Part shown: in pieces, positions 8,930-17,281 of the stretch
Layout: each line of letters starts with the position of its first letter
Position numbering within the stretch: the stretch's first letter is position 1
Source: Candidatus Dormiibacterota bacterium
Lineage (GTDB): Bacteria; Chloroflexota; Dormibacteria; Aeolococcales; Aeolococcaceae
Direction of reading: 5' to 3'
DNA: 64,000 nucleotides
NCBI GenBank assembly: GCA_003153125.1
Contig: PLWW01000109.1
Location: 10,513-74,512 of the forward strand
Program-made: the position numbers and the translations under genes
The notes under the pieces: model-generated
The model's database searches: none
The model's input: only the letters and a program-made list of their open reading frames with translations
What the model was told of the DNA's origin: nothing

Positions 8930-10411
8930 CTACGTCGCGGGGTCGGGGCCGGGCTCGGCCGCGTGGAGAGCGCCGGACTCGCCGGCGTGGAGCGGGTCGA
9001 CGAGGTCGACTAGGGCGTGGGCCAGCCCACTTCGCGTCGCCTCGGCCTCCACCGCGGCGGCCACGGCAGGAGCGACCGCGCGGTTGAACACCGACGGTAC
9101 GATGTACTCGGGGTGGAGGTCGTCGCCGACCGTGGCTGCGATGGCGCGCGCCGCGGCCAGCTTCATGGAGTCGGTGATCTGGCGGGCGCCGCTGTCGAGC
9201 AGGCCGCGGAAGAAGCCGGGGAAGCAGAGCACGTTGTTGATCTGGTTGGGGTAATCGCTGCGGCCGGTGGCGATGACCGCCGCCACGCCCTCGATCGCCT
9301 CCGGTTGCACCTCCGGCTCGGGGTTGGCCAGGGCGAAGACGATGGGTTGCCGCGCCATCGTGTTCACCAGTTCGGCGTCGAGGAGGCCCGACCTGCTCGT
9401 GCCGATGAAGGCGTCGGCTCCGGCCAGAGCTTGGGCCAGACCGCCACGGATGCCGCGTTTGTTGGTGTGGGCCGCGTACCAGATGTGTGAGTCGCTGAGC
9501 CCGGCGAGGTCCTCGCTGATGATGCCCTCGCGGTCGACGCCGATGACGTCGCCGACCCCCGCCGTGAGCAGCAGCTTGCTCACCGCCGTTCCCGCCGCGC
9601 CGACGCCGAGGCAGACGACGCGAGCGTCCTCGATGCGCTTGCCGACCACCTTCAGGGCGTTGACCAGCGCCGCCATCACCACCACCGCGGTGCCGTGCTG
9701 GTCGTCATGGAAGACGGGGATGTCGAGCCGCTCCGAGAGGCGGCGCTCGATCTCGAAGCAGCGCGGTCCCGAGATGTCCTCGAGGTTGATGCCACCGAAC
9801 GTCGGGGCGATGTTGGCCACGGTGGCCACGATGGCGTCGACGTCCTGGGTGGCCAGGCAGATGGGGAAGGCGTCGACCTTGCCGAACTCCTTGAAGAGCA
9901 TGGCCTTTCCCTCCATCACGGGGAGGGCGGCCTCGGGGCCGATGTTGCCGAGACCGAGCACCGCGCTGCCGTCGGTGACGATGGCCACGCAGTTGCGCTT
10001 GATGGTGAGATTGCGAGCACGGGAGTGGTCGGCGGCGATGGCCAGGCTGATGCGCGCGACGCCGGGCGTGTACACCATGGACAGGTCTTCGCGGGTGCGG
10101 ATGGGGGTACGCGCCACCACCTCGATCTTGCCCCCGAGGTGGGCAAGGAAGGTGCGGTCCGAGTACTCGAGCACCTCCACGCCGGGCAGGCCCTGCATCA
10201 GCTTCACGAGCTGGTAGGCGTGGTCCTCGTTGGCGGCGAGCACGGTGACGTCGCGGACGATGGCACCGCGGTCGACGCGCACGATGTCGAGGCTGCGGAT
10301 GTCGCCGCCGAGCTCTCCGATCGCCGAGGTGAGCTGGCCGAGCATCCCCGGGCGGTTGATGATGCTGCAGCGCGCCGTGAGCGCGAAACTGGCGGAAGGG
10401 TGCTGGATCAT
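8930..10411 (-). CDS. NAD(P)-dependent malic enzyme with N-terminal ACT domain
   Basis: The N-terminal ~75 aa are ACT-like ('CSIINRPGMLGQLTSAIGELGGDIRSLDIV'). The rest is a short-type malic enzyme ('VYTPGVARI', 'AIVTDGSAVLGLGNIG', 'FGGINLEDI', 'FHDDQHGTAVV', 'GVGAAGTA'). Its ATG overlaps the recQ stop as ATGA. Confidence 0.85.
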   Translation of the reverse strand: MIQHPSASFALTARCSIINRPGMLGQLTSAIGELGGDIRSLDIVRVDRGAIVRDVTVLAANEDHAYQLVKLMQGLPGVEVLEYSDRTFLAHLGGKIEVVARTPIRTREDLSMVYTPGVARISLAIAADHSRARNLTIKRNCVAIVTDGSAVLGLGNIGPEAALPVMEGKAMLFKEFGKVDAFPICLATQDVDAIVATVANIAPTFGGINLEDISGPRCFEIERRLSERLDIPVFHDDQHGTAVVVMAALVNALKVVGKRIEDARVVCLGVGAAGTAVSKLLLTAGVGDVIGVDREGIISEDLAGLSDSHIWYAAHTNKRGIRGGLAQALAGADAFIGTSRSGLLDAELVNTMARQPIVFALANPEPEVQPEAIEGVAAVIATGRSDYPNQINNVLCFPGFFRGLLDSGARQITDSMKLAAARAIAATVGDDLHPEYIVPSVFNRAVAPAVAAAVEAEATRSGLAHALVDLVDPLHAGESGALHAAEPGPDPAT

Positions 10412-12441
10412 CCCGGCGCCGCCAGGGCGCGGAGCACGTCGTCGCCATAGCGCGTCAGCTTCGCCGGGCCGATGCCGGGCACGCCGACGAGTGCCTGCGT
10501 GTCCGGCGGGTTGCGACGTGCCAGCTCGCGCAGGGTGCGGTCGCCGAAGACCACGTAGGCGGGCACGCCTTCCTCGGCGGAGGTGAGGCGACGCCAGGTG
10601 CGCAGGCGTTCGAATCGCTCGCCCGCATCACTGTCGAGGTGCTCATCCGTGGCGACGGCTGATCCCGCGCGCTGCGCCGTGCCGATCACCTCGACGTCGA
10701 CCTCGATGTGGTCGCTGCCGTCCAGGACCGCCCGCCCGTGCGGGGTCAGCGCCAGCACCGGACGCTCGCCGCTGCTGCGCCGCAGGCAGCCCTCCTCGAC
10801 GAGCGTGGCGAGCAGGTCGCGCACGGTGTCTGCGCTCCAGGAGCGGAGGACGCCGAAGGAGTCGATGTCGCGCACCCATCGGCGCTGCCGCGTCCAGGTG
10901 TCATCGGCGCCACGCAGCAGGGCGGTGAGCCGCGAGGCGCCGAGGTGGCCGTCGAAGCGCGCCACGCAGGCGAGCGCGGCCGTGACCTCCGCATCAGTCA
11001 CGGTGGTGCGCGCCCGCGGAGGGGAGAGGCAGTTGTCGCAGGAGGCGCAGGTGCGCGGCGCTCCCTCCTCGCCGAAGTAGTCGGCGATGCGCGCGTGACG
11101 GCACTCGCCGCTACGCGCGTAGTCCATCACCTGGTGGAGGCGAGCGTACGCGTGGTCACGAAGCAGCGACTGTGCGTCGAAGTCGACCGGAGCCCCCTGA
11201 AGGCGGGTCACGTCGCCGCCGTCGCGGAGCGCTCCGGCGCGGCGGAGGAGATCGAGCGCGGCACGTACGACGTGGCGTTCGCGGCCGGGAAGGCGGCGTT
11301 CCCAGTCGTCGATGTCCCAGCGGCCGTCGCGGACCACCTCGCGGTAGACGTCGCGCACCGCGTCGCGTTCCGGGTAGGCCTGCTCGATGAAGAAGGCCTG
11401 GAGGTCGCGGTCGGCGGGACTGTAGAGCAGGGTGCAGTCGGCCCGCTGACCGTCACGACCTGCGCGTCCAGCCTCCTGGTAGTACTGCTCGATGCTGCCC
11501 GGGAAATCGAGGTGGACCACGTTGCGGATGTCGGGCAGGTCGATGCCCATCCCGAAGGCAGAGGTGGCCGCGATGACGGCGATGTCCCCTTTGATGAAGC
11601 CACCGTGCACCTGCTGGCGCACCTCGGCGTTGAGGTCACCATGGTAGGCCGCCGCGCGGAAGCCCTGGTCACGGAGCAGCTCGGCCATCTCCTCGGTGGC
11701 GCGCACGCGGCCGCAGTAGACGATGGCGCGTCCGGGCAGGGTGCGCAGCGCTTCGAGCAGCGCGGCTCGCTTCTGCTGCTGGCCGCGGGTGCGCACCACC
11801 GTCAGGCGCAGCTCGGGGCGCACGAAACCGGTGACACGCACCTCGGGACGACGCATGCCCAGGGAGCTGACGATGTCGTCGCGCACCTGCGGCGTGGCGG
11901 TGGCGGTGAAGGCGCCGATGGGGGGACGGCCGCAGAGGTCGGCCGCGTCGCGGAGGCGGCGGTAGTCGGGGCGGAAGTCGTGTCCCCAACTGGAGATGCA
12001 GTGGGCCTCGTCGATGGCCAGCCGGCCCACGCGCAGGCGGCTCAGCGCTGACATGAAGCTGGGCACGGCGAAGCGCTCCGGGGTGACATAGAGGAAGCGC
12101 AGGGTGCCGTCGGCGGCCGCGCCGAGCGCTGCGTCCTGGGTGGCGCGGTCAACCTGGGAGTGGAGGGAAGCCGCGGCCACCCCCAGGGAGTGCAGACGGG
12201 CGACCTGGTCGTTCATCAGCGCGATCAGAGGGGACACGACGAGGGTCAGGTTGGCGGCGGCGATGCCGGGCACCCAGTAGCCGATGCTCTTGCCCGAGCC
12301 CGTGGGGGCCACCAGGAGCAGGTCGCGCCCGGCCTCGGCGGCGGCGACGATCTCACCCTGGCCGGGGCGGAACGCCGCCAGGCCGAAAACGTCATGGAGG
12401 ACCGCCTCGGCGGCGTCGCTGGGCGCGGCCACCACGCTCAC
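10408..12441 (-). CDS. recQ: ATP-dependent DNA helicase RecQ
   Basis: 'FGLAAFRPGQGEIVAAAEAGRDLLLVAPTGSGKS', 'DEAHCISSWGHDFRPDY', 'IAATSAFGMGIDLPDIRNVVHLDFP', a Zn-binding Cys cluster 'CRHARIADYFGE...CASCDNC', and a C-terminal HRDC-like 'ERFERLRTWRRLTSAEEGVPAYVVFGDRTLRELA'. The start is uncertain: GTG 12441 was chosen because the track ORF to 12855 runs through the upstream Lrp gene in another frame. Confidence 0.85.
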   Translation of the reverse strand: MSVVAAPSDAAEAVLHDVFGLAAFRPGQGEIVAAAEAGRDLLLVAPTGSGKSIGYWVPGIAAANLTLVVSPLIALMNDQVARLHSLGVAAASLHSQVDRATQDAALGAAADGTLRFLYVTPERFAVPSFMSALSRLRVGRLAIDEAHCISSWGHDFRPDYRRLRDAADLCGRPPIGAFTATATPQVRDDIVSSLGMRRPEVRVTGFVRPELRLTVVRTRGQQQKRAALLEALRTLPGRAIVYCGRVRATEEMAELLRDQGFRAAAYHGDLNAEVRQQVHGGFIKGDIAVIAATSAFGMGIDLPDIRNVVHLDFPGSIEQYYQEAGRAGRDGQRADCTLLYSPADRDLQAFFIEQAYPERDAVRDVYREVVRDGRWDIDDWERRLPGRERHVVRAALDLLRRAGALRDGGDVTRLQGAPVDFDAQSLLRDHAYARLHQVMDYARSGECRHARIADYFGEEGAPRTCASCDNCLSPPRARTTVTDAEVTAALACVARFDGHLGASRLTALLRGADDTWTRQRRWVRDIDSFGVLRSWSADTVRDLLATLVEEGCLRRSSGERPVLALTPHGRAVLDGSDHIEVDVEVIGTAQRAGSAVATDEHLDSDAGERFERLRTWRRLTSAEEGVPAYVVFGDRTLRELARRNPPDTQALVGVPGIGPAKLTRYGDDVLRALAAPG

Positions 12442-12523
12442 GCCGTCACCGGCGCTGAGGGTGCGTGCGCCTTCATCGCAGGGGAGGGTAGCAGGCAGGC
12501 TGGGACCGTTCGCGGACAGGCGT

Positions 12524-12802
12524 TCAGTCCACTCCGATGTCGAATGCGGCCGCTTCGTCGCCGCGTCCGTAGGAGCGGATGGCCACGTGCGTGTTGGTGC
12601 GGGTGATCCCCGGCAGCGTGGTGATCCGCTCGGTGACCAGGGTGGCCAGGGCGTCGAGGTCGGCGACGCGCACGATGGCCACGAAGTCGGCGGAACCGGT
12701 GGTCGTGTACACCTCGGACACCCCGTCGGTATCCGCCAGGCCGCGGGCCACGTCGTGGATGTGCCCCGGCTCGCAGAGCACGAGGAGGAAGGCGGTGACC
12801 AT
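12524..12802 (-). CDS. Lrp/AsnC-family ligand-binding (RAM) domain-only protein
   Basis: 92 aa. 'MVTAFLLVLCEPGHIHDVARGLADTDGVSEVYTTTGSADFVAIVRVADLDALATLVTERI' matches the AsnC_trans_reg fold pattern and has no HTH region. Confidence 0.7.
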   Translation of the reverse strand: MVTAFLLVLCEPGHIHDVARGLADTDGVSEVYTTTGSADFVAIVRVADLDALATLVTERITTLPGITRTNTHVAIRSYGRGDEAAAFDIGVD

Positions 12803-12947
12803 CGCTCGAGCCTAGCAGGCGGCGGACGGCGTGGCGACGGCCGGCCGGGCGCCACGGGCGGCCACGCGGGGGGTCGATTTGCGCCACAGTACCCCCGGAT
12901 CGAGAATCCCCGCCTCTGTGTGCCATTTCGGTCAAGGAGACAGGCAG

Positions 12948-14567
12948 ATGAAGAGCACGATGCAGGCCAGCCAGCTGACCATCACCTCGCTGATGCTGCG
13001 CGGGTCCCAGCTGTTCGCCACCAACGAGGTGATCACCTGGCAGGGCGACGGCGCCCGTCACTCCACCTACGCGCAGGTCGCCGAACGGGCCGCGCGGCTG
13101 GCCAATGTCCTGCACGACCTCGGGGTGGGGGAGGGCGACCGTGTCGGCACCCTGTGCTGGAACAACCAGGAGCACCTCGAGTGCTACCTCGCCATCCCGT
13201 GCATGGGGGCGGTGCTGCACACGCTCAACCTGCGGCTTGCCCCCAAACAGCTGGCGCACATCGTCAACGACGCGCAGGACAGCGTCGTCATCGTCGACGG
13301 ATCGCTGGTGCCGTTGCTGGCGGCCATCCGCGAGCACTGCCCCACCGTCCGGCACGTCATCGTGGTGGGCAGGGGAGACACGTCGAACCTCGGCGAACAT
13401 CTCGACTACGACGAGGCGGTCGCAGCCGCGTCCACCGTGTACGACTGGCCGGAGATCGACGAATTGTCCGGAGCGGCGATGTGCTACACGACCGGGACGA
13501 CCGGCGATCCCAAGGGCGTGGTGTACAGCCATCGGTCCATCTGGCTGCACTGCTTTGCGATCTGGGGATCGTTCCGTCTCGACGAGTCGGAGCGGCTGCT
13601 GACGATCGTGCCGATGTTCCACGTCAACGCATGGGGTATTCCCTACGTGGCCTGGATGCTGGGGTGCACGATGCTTCTCCCCGACAGGTTCCTCCAGCCC
13701 CAGGCACTGTGCGACTTCGTGCAGGCCGAACGGCCCACGTTCACCAGTGGCGTGCCGACCATCTTCACAGGGATGCTGCAGTGGGCCGAGGCGACCCATG
13801 CCGACCTGTCGTCCCTCAAGCGCGCCATCTGCGGCGGCTCCGCAGTGCCGCGGGCTCTGATCGAGGCCTTCCGCGACAAGCTCAACATCGAGCTGATTCA
13901 GGCGTGGGGGATGACCGAGACCAGTCCCATGGGTTGCATCGCCTACCCGCCGCCCGGCCTGTCCGAGGAGGACGAGATGGTGTTCCGCAGCAAGACGGGG
14001 CGCGCGGTTCCCGGCGTGGAGCTGCGCATCGTCGGCGAGGATGGCGGCGTGCTCGACTGGGACGGTCAGTCGGTGGGTGAGTTGGAGGCGCGCGGGCCCT
14101 GGATCACCGCCTCGTACTACGGGGTGGAGGCGCCGGAGCGGTTCCACGACGGCTGGCTGCGCACCGGGGATGTCGGCGTGATGGACTCGCGCGGTTACCT
14201 GACCATCACCGACCGGTCCAAGGACGTCATCAAGTCCGGTGGGGAATGGATTTCGTCGGTGGAGTTGGAGAACCTTCTCGCCGCGCACCCCTCCGTTGCC
14301 GAGGCGGTGGTGGTGGGCGTGACGGACGCGTTGTGGCAGGAGCGCCCCCTTGCCGCCGTGGTGCTCAAGCCCGGGGCATCAGCGGATCCCGCCGACCTGC
14401 GCAGCTTTCTCGACGGCAAGGTGGCCCGCTTCTGGTTGCCGGAGCGCTGGGTGTTTCTCGCCGAGCTGCCCAAGACCAGCGTCGGCAAGCAGGACAAGAA
14501 GGTGATCCGCCAGCTTTACGCGGACGGAAAACTCGAGGTGACAGAGGTGGGCAAAGCCGTGCGCTGA
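12948..14567 (+). CDS. Long/medium-chain fatty-acid--CoA ligase (AMP-dependent synthetase family)
   Basis: AMP-binding motif 'YTTGTTGDPKGVVYSHRS', plus 'WGMTETSP', 'GWLRTGDVG' and 'DRSKDVIKSGGEWISS'. ATG at 12948 is preceded by AAGGAGA (12934-12940). The upstream part of the track ORF (from 12831) is not protein-like. Confidence 0.85.
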   Translation: MKSTMQASQLTITSLMLRGSQLFATNEVITWQGDGARHSTYAQVAERAARLANVLHDLGVGEGDRVGTLCWNNQEHLECYLAIPCMGAVLHTLNLRLAPKQLAHIVNDAQDSVVIVDGSLVPLLAAIREHCPTVRHVIVVGRGDTSNLGEHLDYDEAVAAASTVYDWPEIDELSGAAMCYTTGTTGDPKGVVYSHRSIWLHCFAIWGSFRLDESERLLTIVPMFHVNAWGIPYVAWMLGCTMLLPDRFLQPQALCDFVQAERPTFTSGVPTIFTGMLQWAEATHADLSSLKRAICGGSAVPRALIEAFRDKLNIELIQAWGMTETSPMGCIAYPPPGLSEEDEMVFRSKTGRAVPGVELRIVGEDGGVLDWDGQSVGELEARGPWITASYYGVEAPERFHDGWLRTGDVGVMDSRGYLTITDRSKDVIKSGGEWISSVELENLLAAHPSVAEAVVVGVTDALWQERPLAAVVLKPGASADPADLRSFLDGKVARFWLPERWVFLAELPKTSVGKQDKKVIRQLYADGKLEVTEVGKAVR

Positions 14568-14634
14568 GGGCTGGAGCGAGCCCTTGTCGGTGCCACGGAA
14601 TCGCCTCGTCGCGGCGCTACACTCAGCGACCGAT

Positions 14635-14706
14635 GCGGGAGTAACTCAATGGTAGAGTGCAACCTTCCCAAGGTTGAAGTTGCGGGTTCGAGCCCCGTCT
14701 CCCGCT
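14635..14706 (+). tRNA. tRNA-Gly (anticodon CCC)
   Basis: The cloverleaf folds by hand. Acceptor stem GCGGGAG/CTCCCGC, D arm ACTC-AATGGTA-GAGT, and anticodon arm CAACC-TTCCCAA-GGTTG (anticodon CCC). T arm GCGGG-TTCGAGC-CCCGT, with discriminator T. CCA is not encoded. Confidence 0.9.
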
Positions 14707-14708
14707 GT

Positions 14709-14725
14709 GCCGCCCTTCGGGTGGC
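14709..14725 (+). terminator. Hairpin with C(UUCG)G tetraloop immediately after tRNA-Gly
   Basis: GCCGCC-C(TTCG)G-GGTGGC, with one G-T wobble pair. There is no U-tract, so terminator function is uncertain. Confidence 0.35.
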
Positions 14726-15024
14726 CGCCATGCACTGATCCGCTCGGCGCAGCCTTCGCGCCTGCTGTCAGCCAGACCAGAGAGTGCCGCACGGCCGCGG
14801 CGATCACGCTACGCTGGCGCGCGGTGTTCAACGCGAGCATCGCTGTGTCGCTGCATACCCCGCGACGATGCGGTGGCGCGGCGTAGGTGTCGCGTGGTGT
14901 GGTCACGTCATCGAGTGTGGGTGCTGCCCTGGGCGGTCCCCATCACGTCTCGGTGACGGGGATGACCGCATGAGGCTCGGCTCTGCTTTCGACAATGAGA
15001 CGGCTCACCACTGTCATAGTCAAA

Positions 15025-15065
15025 CCTGTAAGGCCCAAGCCTGTAAGGGATCACCCTGCTAATAT
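15025..15065 (+). promoter_or_regulatory. Direct repeat CCTGTAAGG x2 plus -10-like TAATAT upstream of the ATPase gene
   Basis: CCTGTAAGG occurs at 15025-15033 and 15040-15048 (15-bp period). TAATAT at 15060-15065 lies 6 nt before GTG 15072, with no SD sequence. Confidence 0.4.
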
Positions 15066-15071
15066 GCCCTC

Positions 15072-16226
15072 GTGGCCTCAACCCGGGTTCCCAACCCCTT
15101 CCACTTCGGCGCCCCAGCCGAGGACGTGCACTTCACCGATCGCCTCGACCAGCTCGCCCGGCTGAAGGCGGTCATGCTCAATGGCCAGAACCTCATCCTC
15201 ATCGCGCCACGCCGCTACGGGAAGACATCACTCCTGCTTGCCGCGGAGAGGGAGGTGCGGAAGGCAGGCGGCCGAACCGGCAGGGTCAGCCTCATCAAGT
15301 GCGCCAGCGAGAAGGACGTCGCCGAAGCACTGATGAAGGGCGTCATCGACGGCCCCCTCGGCTGGCTGCGCGGGCGCGTCGAGGAGTTGATCCTGCGCAT
15401 CTCCCGCCTCCGCATCCGGCCGACGGCGACGTTCAGCGACAGCGGGACGCTGGAAAGCCTCTCGTTCGGTCGCGACATCGCCGGGGTGAACTGGCGTGAG
15501 GTCATCGTCGACGTGATCCGCATCCTCAACGACGCCGCCCAGCACGAGCGCACGGAGCCGGTCTCGTTGATCCTCGACGAGTTCCAGAAGGCGTACGAGA
15601 TCAGCCCGCTGCTCGCGGACGTGTTCAAGGATCTCGTGGATGAGATGCCACGGGTGAGCCTGGTCTTCGCCGGCAGCAAGCGCCACCTGATGGAGGCGAT
15701 GGTGTCTGACCCCGAGCGCGGAGCCCTCTACAACGTCGGCTCCAAGATGTACCTCGGCAAGATCGCACTCGAGGACTTCGTGGCCTACCTGGAACGCCAG
15801 GCGGCGGTCGGCGGCAAGGCGATGGCGGGCGGGGTCGCGGCACGGATCTACCAGGCGGCGGCCGGGATCCCCAACGACGTTCAGCTGCTGGCTTTCTGGT
15901 CGTTCGAGTCAGCCCCGGGATCGAGCATCGATGACGCGGCGGTCGAACATGCCGTCCGCGCCGCGGTCGGGGATCAGCGGGAGGAGTTCGAGGAGGTGTT
16001 CGGCAAACTCTCGCTGACCCAGCAACGGCTCCTCAAGCACATCGCGGCCAACCACACCACGGCCGTCACCGGGTCGGTTGTGCAGGCGGCGATCGGGGTG
16101 AGTCACACCTCGGCGCGCGCGGCCGCAGAGGTGCTCGAACGCGCTCAGCTGATCCAGTCGCAGGACAGCGCCTGGATCGTGTCCAGCGGGCTGTTGCGCG
16201 AGTGGCTGTCCGACGCCTACGACTGA
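15072..16226 (+). CDS. ATPase_2 / archaeal-type AAA ATPase family protein (DEXX-box NTPase with C-terminal wHTH-like region)
   Basis: 'NPFHFGAPAEDVHFTDRLDQLARL...NLILIAPRRYGKTSLLL' (Walker A) and 'SLILDEFQKA' (Walker B). Overall layout resembles PF01637-type ATPases. Confidence 0.65.
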   Translation: MASTRVPNPFHFGAPAEDVHFTDRLDQLARLKAVMLNGQNLILIAPRRYGKTSLLLAAEREVRKAGGRTGRVSLIKCASEKDVAEALMKGVIDGPLGWLRGRVEELILRISRLRIRPTATFSDSGTLESLSFGRDIAGVNWREVIVDVIRILNDAAQHERTEPVSLILDEFQKAYEISPLLADVFKDLVDEMPRVSLVFAGSKRHLMEAMVSDPERGALYNVGSKMYLGKIALEDFVAYLERQAAVGGKAMAGGVAARIYQAAAGIPNDVQLLAFWSFESAPGSSIDDAAVEHAVRAAVGDQREEFEEVFGKLSLTQQRLLKHIAANHTTAVTGSVVQAAIGVSHTSARAAAEVLERAQLIQSQDSAWIVSSGLLREWLSDAYD

Positions 16227-16227
16227 G

Positions 16228-16599
16228 TCAGTGGCGCAGGCGGGTCTGATCGATGTCGGCATGGCTCAGGCCGAAGTAATGCGCCACCTCGTGGAGCACC
16301 GTGTCGTGCACCTGCTCAACGAGTTCGTCATAGCTCGCGCACCAGTGCTCGATGTTGCCCTGGAGCAGCACGATTCTCTTCGGGTACGTGTAGGCGCTGA
16401 ACACCGAGTCCTCGCTGCCCTCGTAGAAGCCGAGCACGTGCTCGTCGATGTCGTTGGCGCGGTCATGGACGGTCGCCCCCGGCTGGATGGTGATCAGCAG
16501 GTTGTCCGCGTCCATCCGCTCGCGCAGCGGCGCGGGGACCCGGTCGAGCGCAGCAGCGGCGATGTGCTCGAATTCCTCCGACGAGACGTGGTACGGCAC
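16228..16599 (-). CDS. Small zincin-like metallopeptidase family protein (HExxH)
   Basis: 'VHDTVLHEVAHYFGLSHADID' near the C-terminus. GTG 16599 ('VPYHVSSEEFEHIAAAALD') was chosen as start because the upstream part of the track ORF is Arg/Ala-rich. Confidence 0.65.
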   Translation of the reverse strand: MPYHVSSEEFEHIAAAALDRVPAPLRERMDADNLLITIQPGATVHDRANDIDEHVLGFYEGSEDSVFSAYTYPKRIVLLQGNIEHWCASYDELVEQVHDTVLHEVAHYFGLSHADIDQTRLRH

Positions 16600-16793
16600 C
16601 GCCCGAGCATGCCACGCCGGACGACTCGGGGAGCGAGCTGAACTACAGCTAGCCCGCGCTGTCGTCGCGCGGACCGTTCCAGCGACCGGTGTACCAGGCC
16701 TCCCCACAGCGATTGCCCCGATCCCTGCCAGAAGACCAGCTGGGTGGAGCCGTCCGCCGTCACCGCACCATCCAGGGGCGGTTCAGGCCTCGG

Positions 16794-17234
16794 TCAGGCC
16801 TCGCTCTCCGTCTGCGGCTCGGTCGCCGTCCCGGCCGGGGTGGCCTTGGCAAACCGCAGAGCAGCTGAGTTGATGCAGTAGCGCTGACCGGTCGGCACCG
16901 GACCGTCGCCGAACACGTGGCCGAGGTGCCCGCCGCAGCGCGCACACCGCACCTCGGTGCGCGGCACGATCATCTTGAAATCGCGGTGCTCCTCGATGGT
17001 CGCCGGGTCAACGGGCGCGTAGAAACTTGGCCAGCCGCTGCCGGAGTCGTACTTCGCGTTGGAGTCGAACAGCGCCGCGCCGCAGCCCGCGCAGAGGTAC
17101 TGGCCCGCGGCTTTCACATGAACATACTGGCCGGTGCCGGCGCGTTCGGTGGCGCCGCGACGGAGGACGGCGTACCGCTCGGGTGTGAGCAGCTCACGCC
17201 ACTCCTGGTCGGACTTGGACACCTTGTCGGGCAC
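16794..17234 (-). CDS. msrB: Peptide-methionine (R)-S-oxide reductase
   Basis: 'GQYLCAGCGAALFDSNAKYDSGSGWPSFYAP' and 'VRCARCGGHLGHVFGDGP...RYCINSAAL' show the two CxxC pairs and the catalytic RYCIN motif. Confidence 0.9.
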   Translation of the reverse strand: MPDKVSKSDQEWRELLTPERYAVLRRGATERAGTGQYVHVKAAGQYLCAGCGAALFDSNAKYDSGSGWPSFYAPVDPATIEEHRDFKMIVPRTEVRCARCGGHLGHVFGDGPVPTGQRYCINSAALRFAKATPAGTATEPQTESEA

Positions 17235-17281
17235 GGGACAACGGTAGCCGATCCCCCCTGACACAGGCTCCGGAATGCGCC

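Noticed and set aside
14707-15071. A possible integrated mobile element or attachment site next to tRNA-Gly.
   Set aside because: No integrase, excisionase or transposase ORF is present, and I could not find a duplicated copy of the tRNA 3' end nearby. Only a short 9-bp direct repeat was seen. It is kept as a low-key finding, not called a mobile element.
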